NCBI GenBank assembly: GCA_964478425.1
Contig: CAYZIB010000003.1
Location: forward strand, 13,663-77,662
Reading direction: 5' to 3'
DNA length: 64,000 nt
Source of the DNA: an uncultured Anaeroplasmatales bacterium
GTDB lineage: Bacteria > Bacillota_I > Bacilli_A > Acholeplasmatales > WRBM01
Shown here: piece by piece, positions 18,062-28,189 of the stretch
Layout of the letters: the number at the start of each line of letters is the position of its first letter
Position numbering within the stretch: position 1 is the first letter of the stretch
The notes under the pieces: model-generated
The model's input: only the letters and a program-made list of their open reading frames with translations
Databases searched by the model: none
What the model was told of the DNA's origin: nothing
Translations under genes and position numbers: made by a program

Positions 18062-18865
18062 ATGTTAGAGTTAAAAAATATTAATTTTGAGTATAAAAAC
18101 AATAAAAAAATATTAGATAATGTTTCATTTAAAGTTGATGATGGAAAATTTTTATGTATATTAGGACATAATGGAAGTGGTAAATCAACTCTAGCAAAAA
18201 TTATAATGGGTTTAATTAAGCCAACAAATGGAACAATATTATATAATAATCAAATAATTAATGAAGAAAATATCTGTGATATTAGAAAAAAATTTGGAAT
18301 AGTATTTCAAAACCCAGATAATCAATTTATTGGATTAACGGTAAAAGATGATCTTGCTTTTGGACTTGAAAATAGATTATTAAGTAAAAAAATAATACTT
18401 GAAAAAATAAATAAATATGCAAAAGAATTAAATATTTTAGATTTGCTAGAAAAAAATCCTAATAATTTAAGTGGTGGAGAAAAACAAAAAGTTGCAATCG
18501 CTGGAATATTAGCATTAGATACAGAATTAATAATATTTGATGAAGCAACATCTATGCTTGATCCAAAAAGTGTAAATGAATTATTACAAGAGATAAAAAA
18601 ATTAAAAAATAGAAAAACAATTATATATATAACTCATAACATAGAAGAAGCACTTTTTGCTGATGAAATATTACTTTTAGATCAAGGTAAAGTTATAATA
18701 AATGATTCAATTAATAAAATATTTAATAATATTAACTTATTAGAAGAGTATAATCTTAAAGTTCCTGATACATTAAAATTAATTTCTATGTTAAATAATG
18801 AATCAGATAAAGAAAAATATAGGGAGGTAATTGATTATTTATGGGAATTAACATACAACAATTAA
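18062..18865 (+). CDS. ecfA1: Energy-coupling factor transporter ATPase
   Basis: Walker A GHNGSGKST, LSGGEKQKVAIAG, IIFDEATSMLD. It is the first gene of an A-A'-T triad. The start is taken at ATG 18062. Confidence 0.85.
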   Translation: MLELKNINFEYKNNKKILDNVSFKVDDGKFLCILGHNGSGKSTLAKIIMGLIKPTNGTILYNNQIINEENICDIRKKFGIVFQNPDNQFIGLTVKDDLAFGLENRLLSKKIILEKINKYAKELNILDLLEKNPNNLSGGEKQKVAIAGILALDTELIIFDEATSMLDPKSVNELLQEIKKLKNRKTIIYITHNIEEALFADEILLLDQGKVIINDSINKIFNNINLLEEYNLKVPDTLKLISMLNNESDKEKYREVIDYLWELTYNN

Positions 18866-19680
18866 ATTTTTCATACCAAAAATCTTCATATATTTTAAAA
18901 AATATTAACTTAAAAATTGACTCTAAAAATGAATTTATAACCATTATAGGATCATCAGGAAGTGGTAAATCAACTTTAATTCAAATTTTTAACGGATTAT
19001 TAAAAACAAATGAAGGATTAGTTAATGTTTATGATGTTAAAATAAATGATAAAACAAATAATTTAAAAAGAATAAGAAAAAAAGTAGGACTTGTTTTTCA
19101 ATTTCCTGAACATCAATTATTTTTAGATACAGTTTTAAAAGATGTTTCTTATGGACCTAAAAATTTTTCTATTAAAAATTATAAGGAACAGGCAATAAAT
19201 GCTTTAAACATGGTTAAATTAGATGAATCATATTATGATTTAAATCCTTTTAATTTGAGTGGTGGAGAACAAAGAAAGGTTGCTATTGCAGGAGTTTTAG
19301 CAAGCAATCCTGATATTATTATTTTAGATGAACCAACAGTGGGATTAGATTATGAATCTAAAATAGATTTGTTAAATTTATTAATTAATTTAAATAAAGA
19401 ATATCATAAATCAATTATTATTGTAACTCATGATATGGATTTAGTTGGTAAGTATGCAAAAAGAGTAGTTGTTTTAGAAAATGGAAATATAATATTTGAT
19501 GGTAATAAATTTGATTTATTTAAAAATAATGATATTATGAAGAATTACTCATTAGATTATCCTAATCAAGTTTTAATATTAAAAAAAATAAAAGAAAAAT
19601 TTAATAATGAAAAAATAGATGAATTTAAATATGATATTAATGATGTATATAATGAAATAAAGAGGGTTTATAATGAATAA
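18841..19680 (+). CDS. ecfA2: Energy-coupling factor transporter ATPase
   Basis: Walker A GSSGSGKST, LSGGEQRKVAIAG, IILDEPTVGLD. Confidence 0.85.
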   Translation: MGINIQQLNFSYQKSSYILKNINLKIDSKNEFITIIGSSGSGKSTLIQIFNGLLKTNEGLVNVYDVKINDKTNNLKRIRKKVGLVFQFPEHQLFLDTVLKDVSYGPKNFSIKNYKEQAINALNMVKLDESYYDLNPFNLSGGEQRKVAIAGVLASNPDIIILDEPTVGLDYESKIDLLNLLINLNKEYHKSIIIVTHDMDLVGKYAKRVVVLENGNIIFDGNKFDLFKNNDIMKNYSLDYPNQVLILKKIKEKFNNEKIDEFKYDINDVYNEIKRVYNE

Positions 19681-20644
19681 TGAAAAAATAATTTTTGGAC
19701 AATATATTAATACTAATTCATTTATTCATAAACTTGATCCAAGATTAAAAATTATTTTAACTTTTGTTTTTATTTTAAGCTTATTTATTGTTAAAAACAT
19801 ATATATATTATTTATATTAACATTTTTTTTACTTTTATTAATATTTTTAACGAAGATTAATTTTACTAGGTTTATTAAGAGTATAAGTAAAATGTCTTAT
19901 ATATTGATTTTTACTTTTGTTATGCAAATTATTGATAATCAAAATGGAAATTTATTAGCGAGTTATAATTTTGATTTAAATATAATTAATTTATTAGTTA
20001 TAGTTATATTTTTAGTGTTTTTTATTTTTTTTGTAAAATATATAAGGCATTATAAAATATCGTTATTTATTTTATTTTCTTTAGCTTTATTTTATTTGCA
20101 AACCATTCAACATAATTCATATACGATATTATTTTATAATATTAAAATATATGAAGAAGGATTAACTGAAGCAATATTTATAATGCTAAGATTAATTGAT
20201 TTTATAATTTTATCTGGGATATTAACATATACAACTAAACCAACTGAAATTAATTTAGCCTTAGATAAGATTTTAAAACCATTTAATAAAATATTTAATG
20301 TTAATGCTTTTACAATGATTATTTCAATTGCATTAAGATTTATTCCTAATTTGCTTACAGAAACAGAAAAAGTTTTAAAAGCTCAAAGTGCAAGAGGATT
20401 TGATTATAAAGAAGCAAATTTAATAGAAAAAATTAAAGAAATTACAAATTTAGTGATCCCTCTTTTTGTTATTTCATATAAAAAAGGGATGGATTTAACT
20501 TATGCAATGATTAGTAGAGGATATGATGAAACAAAAGCAAGAAGTAGTATATATGAATTAAAATATACAAGAAAAGATATATTTACTTACTTAATTACTA
20601 TTGGTTTTTTATGTTTTTTATTGATATTTAATTTTATATTATAG
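19673..20644 (+). CDS. ecfT: Energy-coupling factor transporter transmembrane (T) component, with ~50-aa hydrophobic insertion
   Basis: HKLDPRLK start, and ALRFIPNL...KAQSARG coupling helices (the two A-R-G type motifs). It is 323 aa, against about 265 aa for typical EcfT. Confidence 0.8.
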   Translation: MNNEKIIFGQYINTNSFIHKLDPRLKIILTFVFILSLFIVKNIYILFILTFFLLLLIFLTKINFTRFIKSISKMSYILIFTFVMQIIDNQNGNLLASYNFDLNIINLLVIVIFLVFFIFFVKYIRHYKISLFILFSLALFYLQTIQHNSYTILFYNIKIYEEGLTEAIFIMLRLIDFIILSGILTYTTKPTEINLALDKILKPFNKIFNVNAFTMIISIALRFIPNLLTETEKVLKAQSARGFDYKEANLIEKIKEITNLVIPLFVISYKKGMDLTYAMISRGYDETKARSSIYELKYTRKDIFTYLITIGFLCFLLIFNFIL

Positions 20645-20654
20645 AGGTATTTTT

Positions 20655-21317
20655 ATGGATGAATTTTTAAAAATGATCAGTGGAAAATTATATAATTCGC
20701 AAGAAAAAAATATAATAAAACTTCATGATAAGGGTATGTATTTATGCGAAAAATTTAACAAAATTTCAGTAAAAAGAAAAAAGCAAAAACAAAAGGCATT
20801 AATAAAGTTAATACCTAGTGCAAAAAATAAAAATTTATGTGTTTTTGCGCCTTTTTATTGTGAATATGGTAAAAATATTTTTGTAGGGAATAATTGTTTT
20901 ATTAATTATAATTGTGTTTTTTTAGATGTATCACCAATCACTTTAAATGATAATGTATGGATAGGACCGAATGTAACATTTGCTACTCCTAATCATCCTT
21001 TATTAGTTAGTGAAAGAATAAATTGTAATTATCCAGATGGATATCATGATTTAGAATTTTCTAAAGAAATAAAAGTCGATAGCGGAACATGGATATGCGC
21101 CAATGTTTTAATTATTGGTGGAGTTAAAATTGGGAAAAATTGTGTGATTAAAGCTGGAAGTGTTGTAACACATGATATTCCTGATAATGCTATTGTATCT
21201 GGTATGCCTGCTAAAGTAGAAAGATTTATAGATGAATTAGATAAAATAAATGTATGGGAAACATATATTAATGAATCTTATCCTTTATCACAAAGACAAA
21301 AAGAAAGAAGTAAATAA
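20655..21317 (+). CDS. Sugar O-acetyltransferase (Maa/LacA hexapeptide family)
   Basis: N-terminal Mac-type region and left-handed beta-helix hexapeptide repeats (VWIGPNV, ICANVLIIGGVKIG, VIKAGSVV). Confidence 0.75.
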   Translation: MDEFLKMISGKLYNSQEKNIIKLHDKGMYLCEKFNKISVKRKKQKQKALIKLIPSAKNKNLCVFAPFYCEYGKNIFVGNNCFINYNCVFLDVSPITLNDNVWIGPNVTFATPNHPLLVSERINCNYPDGYHDLEFSKEIKVDSGTWICANVLIIGGVKIGKNCVIKAGSVVTHDIPDNAIVSGMPAKVERFIDELDKINVWETYINESYPLSQRQKERSK

Positions 21318-21318
21318 A

Positions 21319-23046
21319 ATGAAATATATATTAAGTTTAATTAAAAAAGATAAAATAAAAGCTATTTTATCTCCGACTTTTAAATTAATTGAAGCTGTTT
21401 TAGAATTATTAATCCCATTAGTTATTGCTTCATTGATTGATAATGGTATTAAATTAAATAATCATGAGCATGTTATTAAAATGGGTGTTTTACTTGTTAT
21501 ATTACCAATTATAGGGTTATTGTTTTCATTGACAGCACAATATTTTGCTGCTGTATGTGCAGTTAATGTATCTAAAAATATGAGACATGATTTATTTAAT
21601 AAGATACAATCATTATCGTTTAATGAATATGACAAAATTGGAACAAGCAAATTAATAACAATCATAACAAGCGATGTAAATCAAATTCAAGTAGGAGTTA
21701 ATTTAACATTAAGATTATTATTAAGAAGTCCGATTGTAGTTTTAGGATCAACTATAATGGCTTTTGTAGTTAATATAAAATTAGGATTAATTTTTTTAGT
21801 AGTAACTATTTTATTGTGGATAATAATTTATTTTATTATGAATAAAACTATTCCAATGCATCAAACTGTTCAAAAAGCATTAGATAAAGTATTAAAATCT
21901 ACAAGAGAAAATTTAACAGGTGTTAGAGTTATTAGAAGTTTTAATAATGAAGAAAAAGAAGAATTAGAGTTTAATAATTATTTAAATGAATTAAATTATA
22001 GTCAAATAAATGTTGGTAAAATATCTGCTTTACTTAATCCTATTACTTATTTATTATTAAATATAGCAATCATTATATTAATTTATTTAGGAGCAATCGA
22101 AGTAAATATTGGAAATTTAACTCAAGGAAAAGTTATTGCATTATATGATTATATGTCACTTTTTTTAGTTGAATTAATTAAATTTGCTAACTTATTAATT
22201 AATGTTAATAAAGCAATAGCTTCAAGTAAGAGAGTAACAGAAATAGTTAATTTAAAATCAAGTTTAAATTTTAATAATAACAAAAATGAAAATAAAAATG
22301 GTTTTATTGTTTTTGATAATGTTTCATTAACATATAAAAATAGTGTTAAAGAATCTTTAAAAAATATAACTTTTCAAGTTAATAAAGGCGAAACAGTTGG
22401 AATAATAGGTTCAACTGGAAGTGGGAAAACTAGTTTAGTTAATTTAATAGGTCATTTTTATGATGCAACTAAAGGTACAGTTTATGTTGATTATAAAGAT
22501 GTAAAATCATATGACTTAACAAGCTTAAGAGATAAAATAGGTTATGTATTACAAAAACCAGTATTATTTAAAGGAACAATCAAAGAAAATTTAAAATGGG
22601 GAAATAAAAATGCATCTGATGAAGAAATAATAGAAAGTATTAATTTATCTTGTGCTAGTGAAATTCTTTTAAAAAAAGAAGATGGAATTAATAGTATAAT
22701 TGAAAGTAATGGAAAAAACTTAAGTGGTGGTCAAAAACAAAGATTAAGTATTTCTAGAGCCCTAATTAAGAAACCTGAAATATTAATATTAGATGATTCA
22801 ACTTCAGCTTTAGATTATAAAACAGAATCAATAGTTAGATCAAATTTAAATAATTTGAAAGGAAAAATAACTATTTTTATTGTTTCTCAAAGAACTACTT
22901 CGATAAAACATGCAGATAAAATAATTGTTTTAGAAAAAGGAGAAATGGTTGGATATGGAACACATCTAGAATTATTAAATAATTGTCCTATTTATAAAGA
23001 AATACATGAAACATGTGTTAATATGGAGGGTAAAAATGAAAAATAA
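21319..23046 (+). CDS. ABC exporter, fused permease/ATPase (half of a heterodimer)
   Basis: Six-TM type-I exporter domain. Walker A GSTGSGKTS, LSGGQKQRLSISRA, LILDDSTSALD. The start is set at the ATG after the upstream stop. Confidence 0.85.
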   Translation: MKYILSLIKKDKIKAILSPTFKLIEAVLELLIPLVIASLIDNGIKLNNHEHVIKMGVLLVILPIIGLLFSLTAQYFAAVCAVNVSKNMRHDLFNKIQSLSFNEYDKIGTSKLITIITSDVNQIQVGVNLTLRLLLRSPIVVLGSTIMAFVVNIKLGLIFLVVTILLWIIIYFIMNKTIPMHQTVQKALDKVLKSTRENLTGVRVIRSFNNEEKEELEFNNYLNELNYSQINVGKISALLNPITYLLLNIAIIILIYLGAIEVNIGNLTQGKVIALYDYMSLFLVELIKFANLLINVNKAIASSKRVTEIVNLKSSLNFNNNKNENKNGFIVFDNVSLTYKNSVKESLKNITFQVNKGETVGIIGSTGSGKTSLVNLIGHFYDATKGTVYVDYKDVKSYDLTSLRDKIGYVLQKPVLFKGTIKENLKWGNKNASDEEIIESINLSCASEILLKKEDGINSIIESNGKNLSGGQKQRLSISRALIKKPEILILDDSTSALDYKTESIVRSNLNNLKGKITIFIVSQRTTSIKHADKIIVLEKGEMVGYGTHLELLNNCPIYKEIHETCVNMEGKNEK

Positions 23047-24769
23047 TACTTTAAAAAAATTATTTGCATATTTAAAAGACTTTAAATATAAAATTACTTT
23101 ATCCTTATTACTTTCAATTATTATTGTTGCTTCAACTATAATTTTACCAATTATTATAGGTAATTCTATTGATTTGATTATTGAAAAAAATAATGTTGAT
23201 TTTGTTAATCTAAAAATAAATATTATTTATATGTTTGTAATAATAATTATTACATCTATAACCAAATTTTTATTAGATTATTTAAACAATAGTATAACAT
23301 TTAGTGTTAGTAAAAAATTAAGAAGTAATTTAATAAATAAAATTCAAAAATTACCATTATCATATTTAGATACCCATGAAACAGGTAGTATAGTTTCAAC
23401 TATCATTAATGATGTTGAAACATTTCAAGATGGGTTATTATTAGGATTTCAACAATTTTTTACAGCAATATTAACTATTTTATCAATTTTAGTTATTATG
23501 GTTCATTATAATTTATATATTGCTTTAGTAGTTGTATTATTAACTCCTTTATCAATTTTTATATCTAAATTTATTTCTAAGAGAGTTTATCATAAATTTA
23601 AAGAACAAGCTAATTTAAGAGCAAATCAAACAGCGTTTATTGAATCAATGATTAATAATCAAAAAGTTGTTCATGCATATAATCATCAAGATGATAATTT
23701 AAAGGAATTTGATTTAAATAATGAAATTTTAGCTGATGTAATGTTAAAAGCAACATTTTATTCAGCATTAACCAATCCATTTACTAGGTTTGTTAATGCA
23801 ATGGTTTATGCAGCAGTTGCTTTATTAGGAGCAATTTTAATTTTTAGTGGGAAATATGATTTGACAATTGGAATATTAACTATATTATTAAGTTATGCAA
23901 GTCAGTATGCAAAACCATTTAATGAAATTAGTAGTGTTATAACTGAAATGCAAAATGCATTTGCATGTATAAATCGAATATTTAATTTATTAGAATTAGA
24001 AGAAATGGAAAATGAAAATAATTTATTAAATGTTAACCTAAAAGGTGATGTTTTAATTAAAAATGCTTATTTTAGTTATGATCCTAATAAACCTTTAATT
24101 ACAGATTTTAATATAGATATTAAATGTGGACAAAAAGTAGCAATCGTAGGACCTACTGGATGTGGTAAAACAACTTTAATTAATTTATTAATGAAATTTT
24201 ATAAATTGAATAGTGGTAATATTTATTTTGATGGTATTGGAATAGATGAAATAAAAAAAGAAAGTTTAAGAAATAATATTGGAATGGTTTTGCAAGATAC
24301 ATGGTTAAAAAGTGGTACTATAAAAGAAAATATTTGTTTTGGTAAATCTGATGCAAGTGATTTAGAGATTTATGAAGCGTTAGAACTTGCAAATTGTATG
24401 TCTTTTATTGAAAAATTACCTGATGGTATAAATACATCATTAAATGAAAATGGTGGAATGTTATCTGAAGGACAAAAACAATTATTATGTATTGCTAGAC
24501 TAATGATTTTAAAACCAAAAATTTTAATTTTAGATGAGGCAACATCTAATATTGATACAAGAACAGAAATTAAAACTCAAAAAGCTTTTAATTTATTAAT
24601 GAAAGATAAAACAACTTTTATTGTTGCACATAGATTAAGTACAATTAAAAATGCTGATATTATAATAGTATTAAATGATGGACATATTATGGAAATAGGT
24701 AATCATGAAACACTTATTAATAATAAAGGTTTTTATTATGAACTTTACATGTCACAATTTCAAAATTAA
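23036..24769 (+). CDS. ABC exporter, fused permease/ATPase (second half)
   Basis: Walker A GPTGCGKTT, LSEGQKQLLCIAR, LILDEATSNID. The start is preceded by GGAGGG and overlaps the upstream gene. Confidence 0.85.
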   Translation: MKNNTLKKLFAYLKDFKYKITLSLLLSIIIVASTIILPIIIGNSIDLIIEKNNVDFVNLKINIIYMFVIIIITSITKFLLDYLNNSITFSVSKKLRSNLINKIQKLPLSYLDTHETGSIVSTIINDVETFQDGLLLGFQQFFTAILTILSILVIMVHYNLYIALVVVLLTPLSIFISKFISKRVYHKFKEQANLRANQTAFIESMINNQKVVHAYNHQDDNLKEFDLNNEILADVMLKATFYSALTNPFTRFVNAMVYAAVALLGAILIFSGKYDLTIGILTILLSYASQYAKPFNEISSVITEMQNAFACINRIFNLLELEEMENENNLLNVNLKGDVLIKNAYFSYDPNKPLITDFNIDIKCGQKVAIVGPTGCGKTTLINLLMKFYKLNSGNIYFDGIGIDEIKKESLRNNIGMVLQDTWLKSGTIKENICFGKSDASDLEIYEALELANCMSFIEKLPDGINTSLNENGGMLSEGQKQLLCIARLMILKPKILILDEATSNIDTRTEIKTQKAFNLLMKDKTTFIVAHRLSTIKNADIIIVLNDGHIMEIGNHETLINNKGFYYELYMSQFQN

Positions 24770-24796
24770 ATAAATGTTTAGGCATTTATTTTTTTG
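24768..24796 (+). terminator. Weak AT-rich terminator
   Basis: Stem AAATAAATG/CATTTATTT followed by a T-run. Confidence 0.5.
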
Positions 24797-24840
24797 TTTT
24801 AAAAGAAAACATTTACATTTTTAAAAATAAAATTTTGATG

Positions 24841-24868
24841 TTGAAAATTAATTGATTTATGATATACT
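24841..24868 (+). promoter_or_regulatory. Promoter of the rex-adhE-hydrogenase operon
   Basis: TTGAAA, a 16-nt spacer, then TGaTATACT (extended -10). Confidence 0.6.
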
Positions 24869-24918
24869 TAAATCGGTAAAAAAATACCGGTAAATAAATA
24901 TCGAAAGAATGTGATAGT

Positions 24919-25554
24919 TTGAAAGAAAAAAATGCATCAAAAAATCAATTGCGAAGACTACCTTTTTATTTATCATATTTAAGAGAAAAAGAAAAAGAAG
25001 GAGTAGAAGTTATATCTTCACCTATAATTGCTGCAAGCCTTAATTTGAGCGAAGAGCAAGTAAGAAAAGATCTTAATTTGGTAAGTAGTAGAAGTGGAAA
25101 GCCTAAAATAGGGCGAGATATTAAATTGTTAATATTTGATATTGAAGAGTATTTAGGTTATCGTGATTCAAGAAAAGCTATATTAGTAGGTGCAGGTCAC
25201 TTAGGTAGAGCATTAATGGCACATGATGGATTTAAATCTTATGGACTTGATATTGTGTGTGCTTTTGATAATGATATTAATAAATCAAATTGCATTTTTC
25301 ATGGGAAAAATATTTATCCGATGAATGAATTAGAAGAAAAATTAAAAGAATTAAATATTCATATAGGAATTATTACAGTTCCTCAAAAGTATGCTCAAGG
25401 AATATGTGATTTATTAGTTAAATGTGGGGTAAAAGGAATTTGGAATTTTACATCTCAAGTATTAGATGTTCCAGATGGGATTATAGTTCAAAACGAAAAT
25501 ATGGCATCAAGTTTAGCTGTACTTTCTAATAAACTTAAAGAAACATTATATTAA
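24919..25554 (+). CDS. rex: Redox-sensing transcriptional repressor Rex
   Basis: RRLPFYLSYL winged-helix N-terminus and NAD(H) Rossmann motif ILVGAGHLGRAL. The start is TTG. Confidence 0.85.
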   Translation: MKEKNASKNQLRRLPFYLSYLREKEKEGVEVISSPIIAASLNLSEEQVRKDLNLVSSRSGKPKIGRDIKLLIFDIEEYLGYRDSRKAILVGAGHLGRALMAHDGFKSYGLDIVCAFDNDINKSNCIFHGKNIYPMNELEEKLKELNIHIGIITVPQKYAQGICDLLVKCGVKGIWNFTSQVLDVPDGIIVQNENMASSLAVLSNKLKETLY

Positions 25555-25568
25555 TAAGGAGAATTAAG

Positions 25569-28169
25569 ATGGAAGAAATAAATGTTAATGAAATGATTGA
25601 TACTTTAGTTAAAAAGGCTAATGTTGCATTAGAAGAATTTAGAACATTAAATCAAGAACAAGTAAATTATATTGTTGCTAAATGTAGTGTTGCTGGTTTA
25701 GATCATCATGGACAACTTGCCCAAAGTGCAATCGAAGAAACTAAAAGAGGAGTATTCGAAGATAAAGCAACAAAAAATTTATTTGCATGTGAATATGTAG
25801 TTAATAATATGAGATATTTGAAAACTGCAGGAATAATAAGTGAAGATAGTGTAACTGGAATTGTAGAAGTAGCAGATCCAGTTGGTGTTGTATGTGGAGT
25901 TACACCAGTAACAAACCCAACTTCTACTGTTATTTTTAAATCTTTAATTTGTTTAAAAACAAGAAATCCGATTATTTTTGGATTCCATCCAAGTGCACAA
26001 CAATGTTCAAAAGAAGCAGCCAAAATTATTTATGATGCAGCTATAAAAGCTGGTGCACCTAAAAATTGTATTCAATGGATTGAATATCCTTCAATGGAAG
26101 CAACAAGTGCTTTAATGAATCATCCAAATGTTGCAACTATTTTAGCAACAGGTGGAAATGCAATGGTTAAAGCTGCATATTCTTGTGGTAAACCTGCATT
26201 AGGTGTTGGTGCTGGTAATGTTCCTTCATACATTGAAAAAACTGCTAAAATTAAACAAGCTGTTAATGATATTGTATTAAGTAAAACATTTGATAATGGT
26301 ATGATTTGTGCTTCAGAACAAGCAGTAATTGTTGATAAAGAAATTTATAAAGAAGTAATTTCTGAATTTGAAAAATATCATGCATATTTTGTATCAAAAG
26401 AAGAAAAATCATTATTAGAAAAATATATGTTTGGTTTAAAAACAGATCCAAAAGATGTAAATGCTACTTTAAATCCAAATATTGTTGGAAAAAGTGCAAG
26501 CTGGATTGCAAAAGAAGCAGGATTTAATGTTCCTGATAATACAACAATTTTAATTGCACAATGTAAAGAAGTAGGTCCTAATGAACCATTAACAAGAGAA
26601 AAATTATCACCAGTATTAGCTTTCTTAAAAGCTGAAAATACAAATGATGGTATTTCTAAAGCATGTAAAATGGTTGAATTTAATGGTTTAGGTCATAGTG
26701 CAGCTATTCATACTGAAAGTAAAGAAATTAGTGAAGAATTTGGTAAACAAGTTAAAGCAATGCGTGTAATTTGGAATTCTCCTTCAACATTTGGTGGAAT
26801 TGGAAATGTATATAACTCATTTTTACCTTCATTAACACTTGGATGTGGTTCTTATGGGAAAAACTCAGTAGGTGGTAATGTTAGTGCTGTTAACTTATTA
26901 AATATTAAAAAAATTGGAAAGAGAAGAAATAATATGCAATGGTTTAAAGTACCTTCAAAAATTTATTTTGAAAGAAATTCAATCGAATATTTAAAAGATA
27001 TGCGTGAAATTAATAAAGCATTTGTGGTTACTGATAGAAGTATGGTTGATTTAGGATATGTAAATAAAGTTACAGAACAATTAAATTTAAGATTAAATAC
27101 TGTTCAAGTTCAATTATTCTGTGATGTTGAACCAGATCCAGATATTACAACAGTAAAAAGAGGACTAGAATTAATGGAATCATTTAGACCAGATGTTATA
27201 ATTGCTCTTGGTGGTGGTTCTGTTATGGATGCTGCTAAAGGTATGTGGTTATTCTATGAACATCCTGAAGTAAACTTTGATGATTTAAAACAAAAATTTA
27301 TGGATATAAGAAAAAGAGCATTTAAATATCCTGAATTAGGTAAAAAAAGTAAATTAGTATGTATTCCTACTACATCAGGAACAGGTAGTGAAGTTACTCC
27401 GTTTGCTGTAATAAGTAATAAAGCTGAAAATCGTAAATACCCATTAGCAGATTATTCATTAACACCAACTGTTGCAATCTGTGATCCAGAATTTACAACA
27501 AGCTTACCTGCAGGTGTTACTGCAGATACAGGAATGGATGTATTAACACATGCAATAGAAGCATATGTTTCTGTGCTTGCAAGTGATTTTACCGATGGTC
27601 TTGCATTACAAGCAATTCAAATGGTATTTGAATATTTACCTAGAGCTGTAAAAAACGGTAAAAATGATTTAGAAGCTAGAGAAAAAATGCATAATGCATC
27701 AACTATAGCTGGTATGGCGTTTGCTAATGCATTTTTAGGAATGAATCACTCATTAGCACATAAAATAGGTGCTGAATTCCATGTACCTCATGGTAAAGCA
27801 AATGCTATATTATTACCACATGTTATAAGATATAATGGAATTGTGCCTGAAAAATTATCAGTATGGCCAAAATATGATTATTATAAAGCAAATTTAAAAT
27901 ATCAAAAAATTGCGATGCTTTTAGGACTTCCAGCAAGTACTCCTGAAGAAGGTGTTGAAAGTTTAGTAAGTGCTGTTATGTCATTAGCAAAAGAAATTGG
28001 CATTAACATGAATTTTGAATCTACTGGTATTAAAGAAGAAGATTGGAATGCTAGTTTAAGAAAAATTGCATTATTAGCTTATGAAGATCAATGTTCACCA
28101 GCTAATCCAAAAGTACCTATGATTGAAGATATGATTGAAATATTGAAAAAATCTTATAAAGGAAATTAA
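25569..28169 (+). CDS. adhE: Bifunctional acetaldehyde-CoA/alcohol dehydrogenase
   Basis: 866-aa fusion of ALDH (catalytic MICASEQ) and Fe-ADH ([10 protein letters not shown]; HxxxH metal site). RBS AAGGAG. Confidence 0.95.
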   Translation: MEEINVNEMIDTLVKKANVALEEFRTLNQEQVNYIVAKCSVAGLDHHGQLAQSAIEETKRGVFEDKATKNLFACEYVVNNMRYLKTAGIISEDSVTGIVEVADPVGVVCGVTPVTNPTSTVIFKSLICLKTRNPIIFGFHPSAQQCSKEAAKIIYDAAIKAGAPKNCIQWIEYPSMEATSALMNHPNVATILATGGNAMVKAAYSCGKPALGVGAGNVPSYIEKTAKIKQAVNDIVLSKTFDNGMICASEQAVIVDKEIYKEVISEFEKYHAYFVSKEEKSLLEKYMFGLKTDPKDVNATLNPNIVGKSASWIAKEAGFNVPDNTTILIAQCKEVGPNEPLTREKLSPVLAFLKAENTNDGISKACKMVEFNGLGHSAAIHTESKEISEEFGKQVKAMRVIWNSPSTFGGIGNVYNSFLPSLTLGCGSYGKNSVGGNVSAVNLLNIKKIGKRRNNMQWFKVPSKIYFERNSIEYLKDMREINKAFVVTDRSMVDLGYVNKVTEQLNLRLNTVQVQLFCDVEPDPDITTVKRGLELMESFRPDVIIALGGGSVMDAAKGMWLFYEHPEVNFDDLKQKFMDIRKRAFKYPELGKKSKLVCIPTTSGTGSEVTPFAVISNKAENRKYPLADYSLTPTVAICDPEFTTSLPAGVTADTGMDVLTHAIEAYVSVLASDFTDGLALQAIQMVFEYLPRAVKNGKNDLEAREKMHNASTIAGMAFANAFLGMNHSLAHKIGAEFHVPHGKANAILLPHVIRYNGIVPEKLSVWPKYDYYKANLKYQKIAMLLGLPASTPEEGVESLVSAVMSLAKEIGINMNFESTGIKEEDWNASLRKIALLAYEDQCSPANPKVPMIEDMIEILKKSYKGN

Positions 28170-28189
28170 TTTTAGGGAGGTTTTAAAAA

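Noticed and set aside
24770-24918. Rex operator upstream of rex-adhE.
   Set aside because: I found no inverted repeat resembling TTGTGAA-N4-TTCACAA or TTGTTAA-N4-TTAACAA by eye. Only a short CGGTA-A6-TACCG hairpin is present in the leader. A matrix scan is needed, so no site is called.
25706-26023. Antisense ORFs in the six-frame track that lie wholly inside strong genes. Examples: 25706-26023 and 26263-26451 in adhE; 59519-59791 and 59888-60094 in pgk; 48686-49048 opposite sufC; 5195-5434 opposite ribU; 45782-45991 and 47619-47834 in PFOR; 261-464 in ileS; 7004-7213 in apbE.
   Set aside because: These are shadow ORFs expected in AT-rich DNA. They have low-complexity or implausible composition and no RBS, and each overlaps a gene with unmistakable conserved motifs on the other strand or in another frame.
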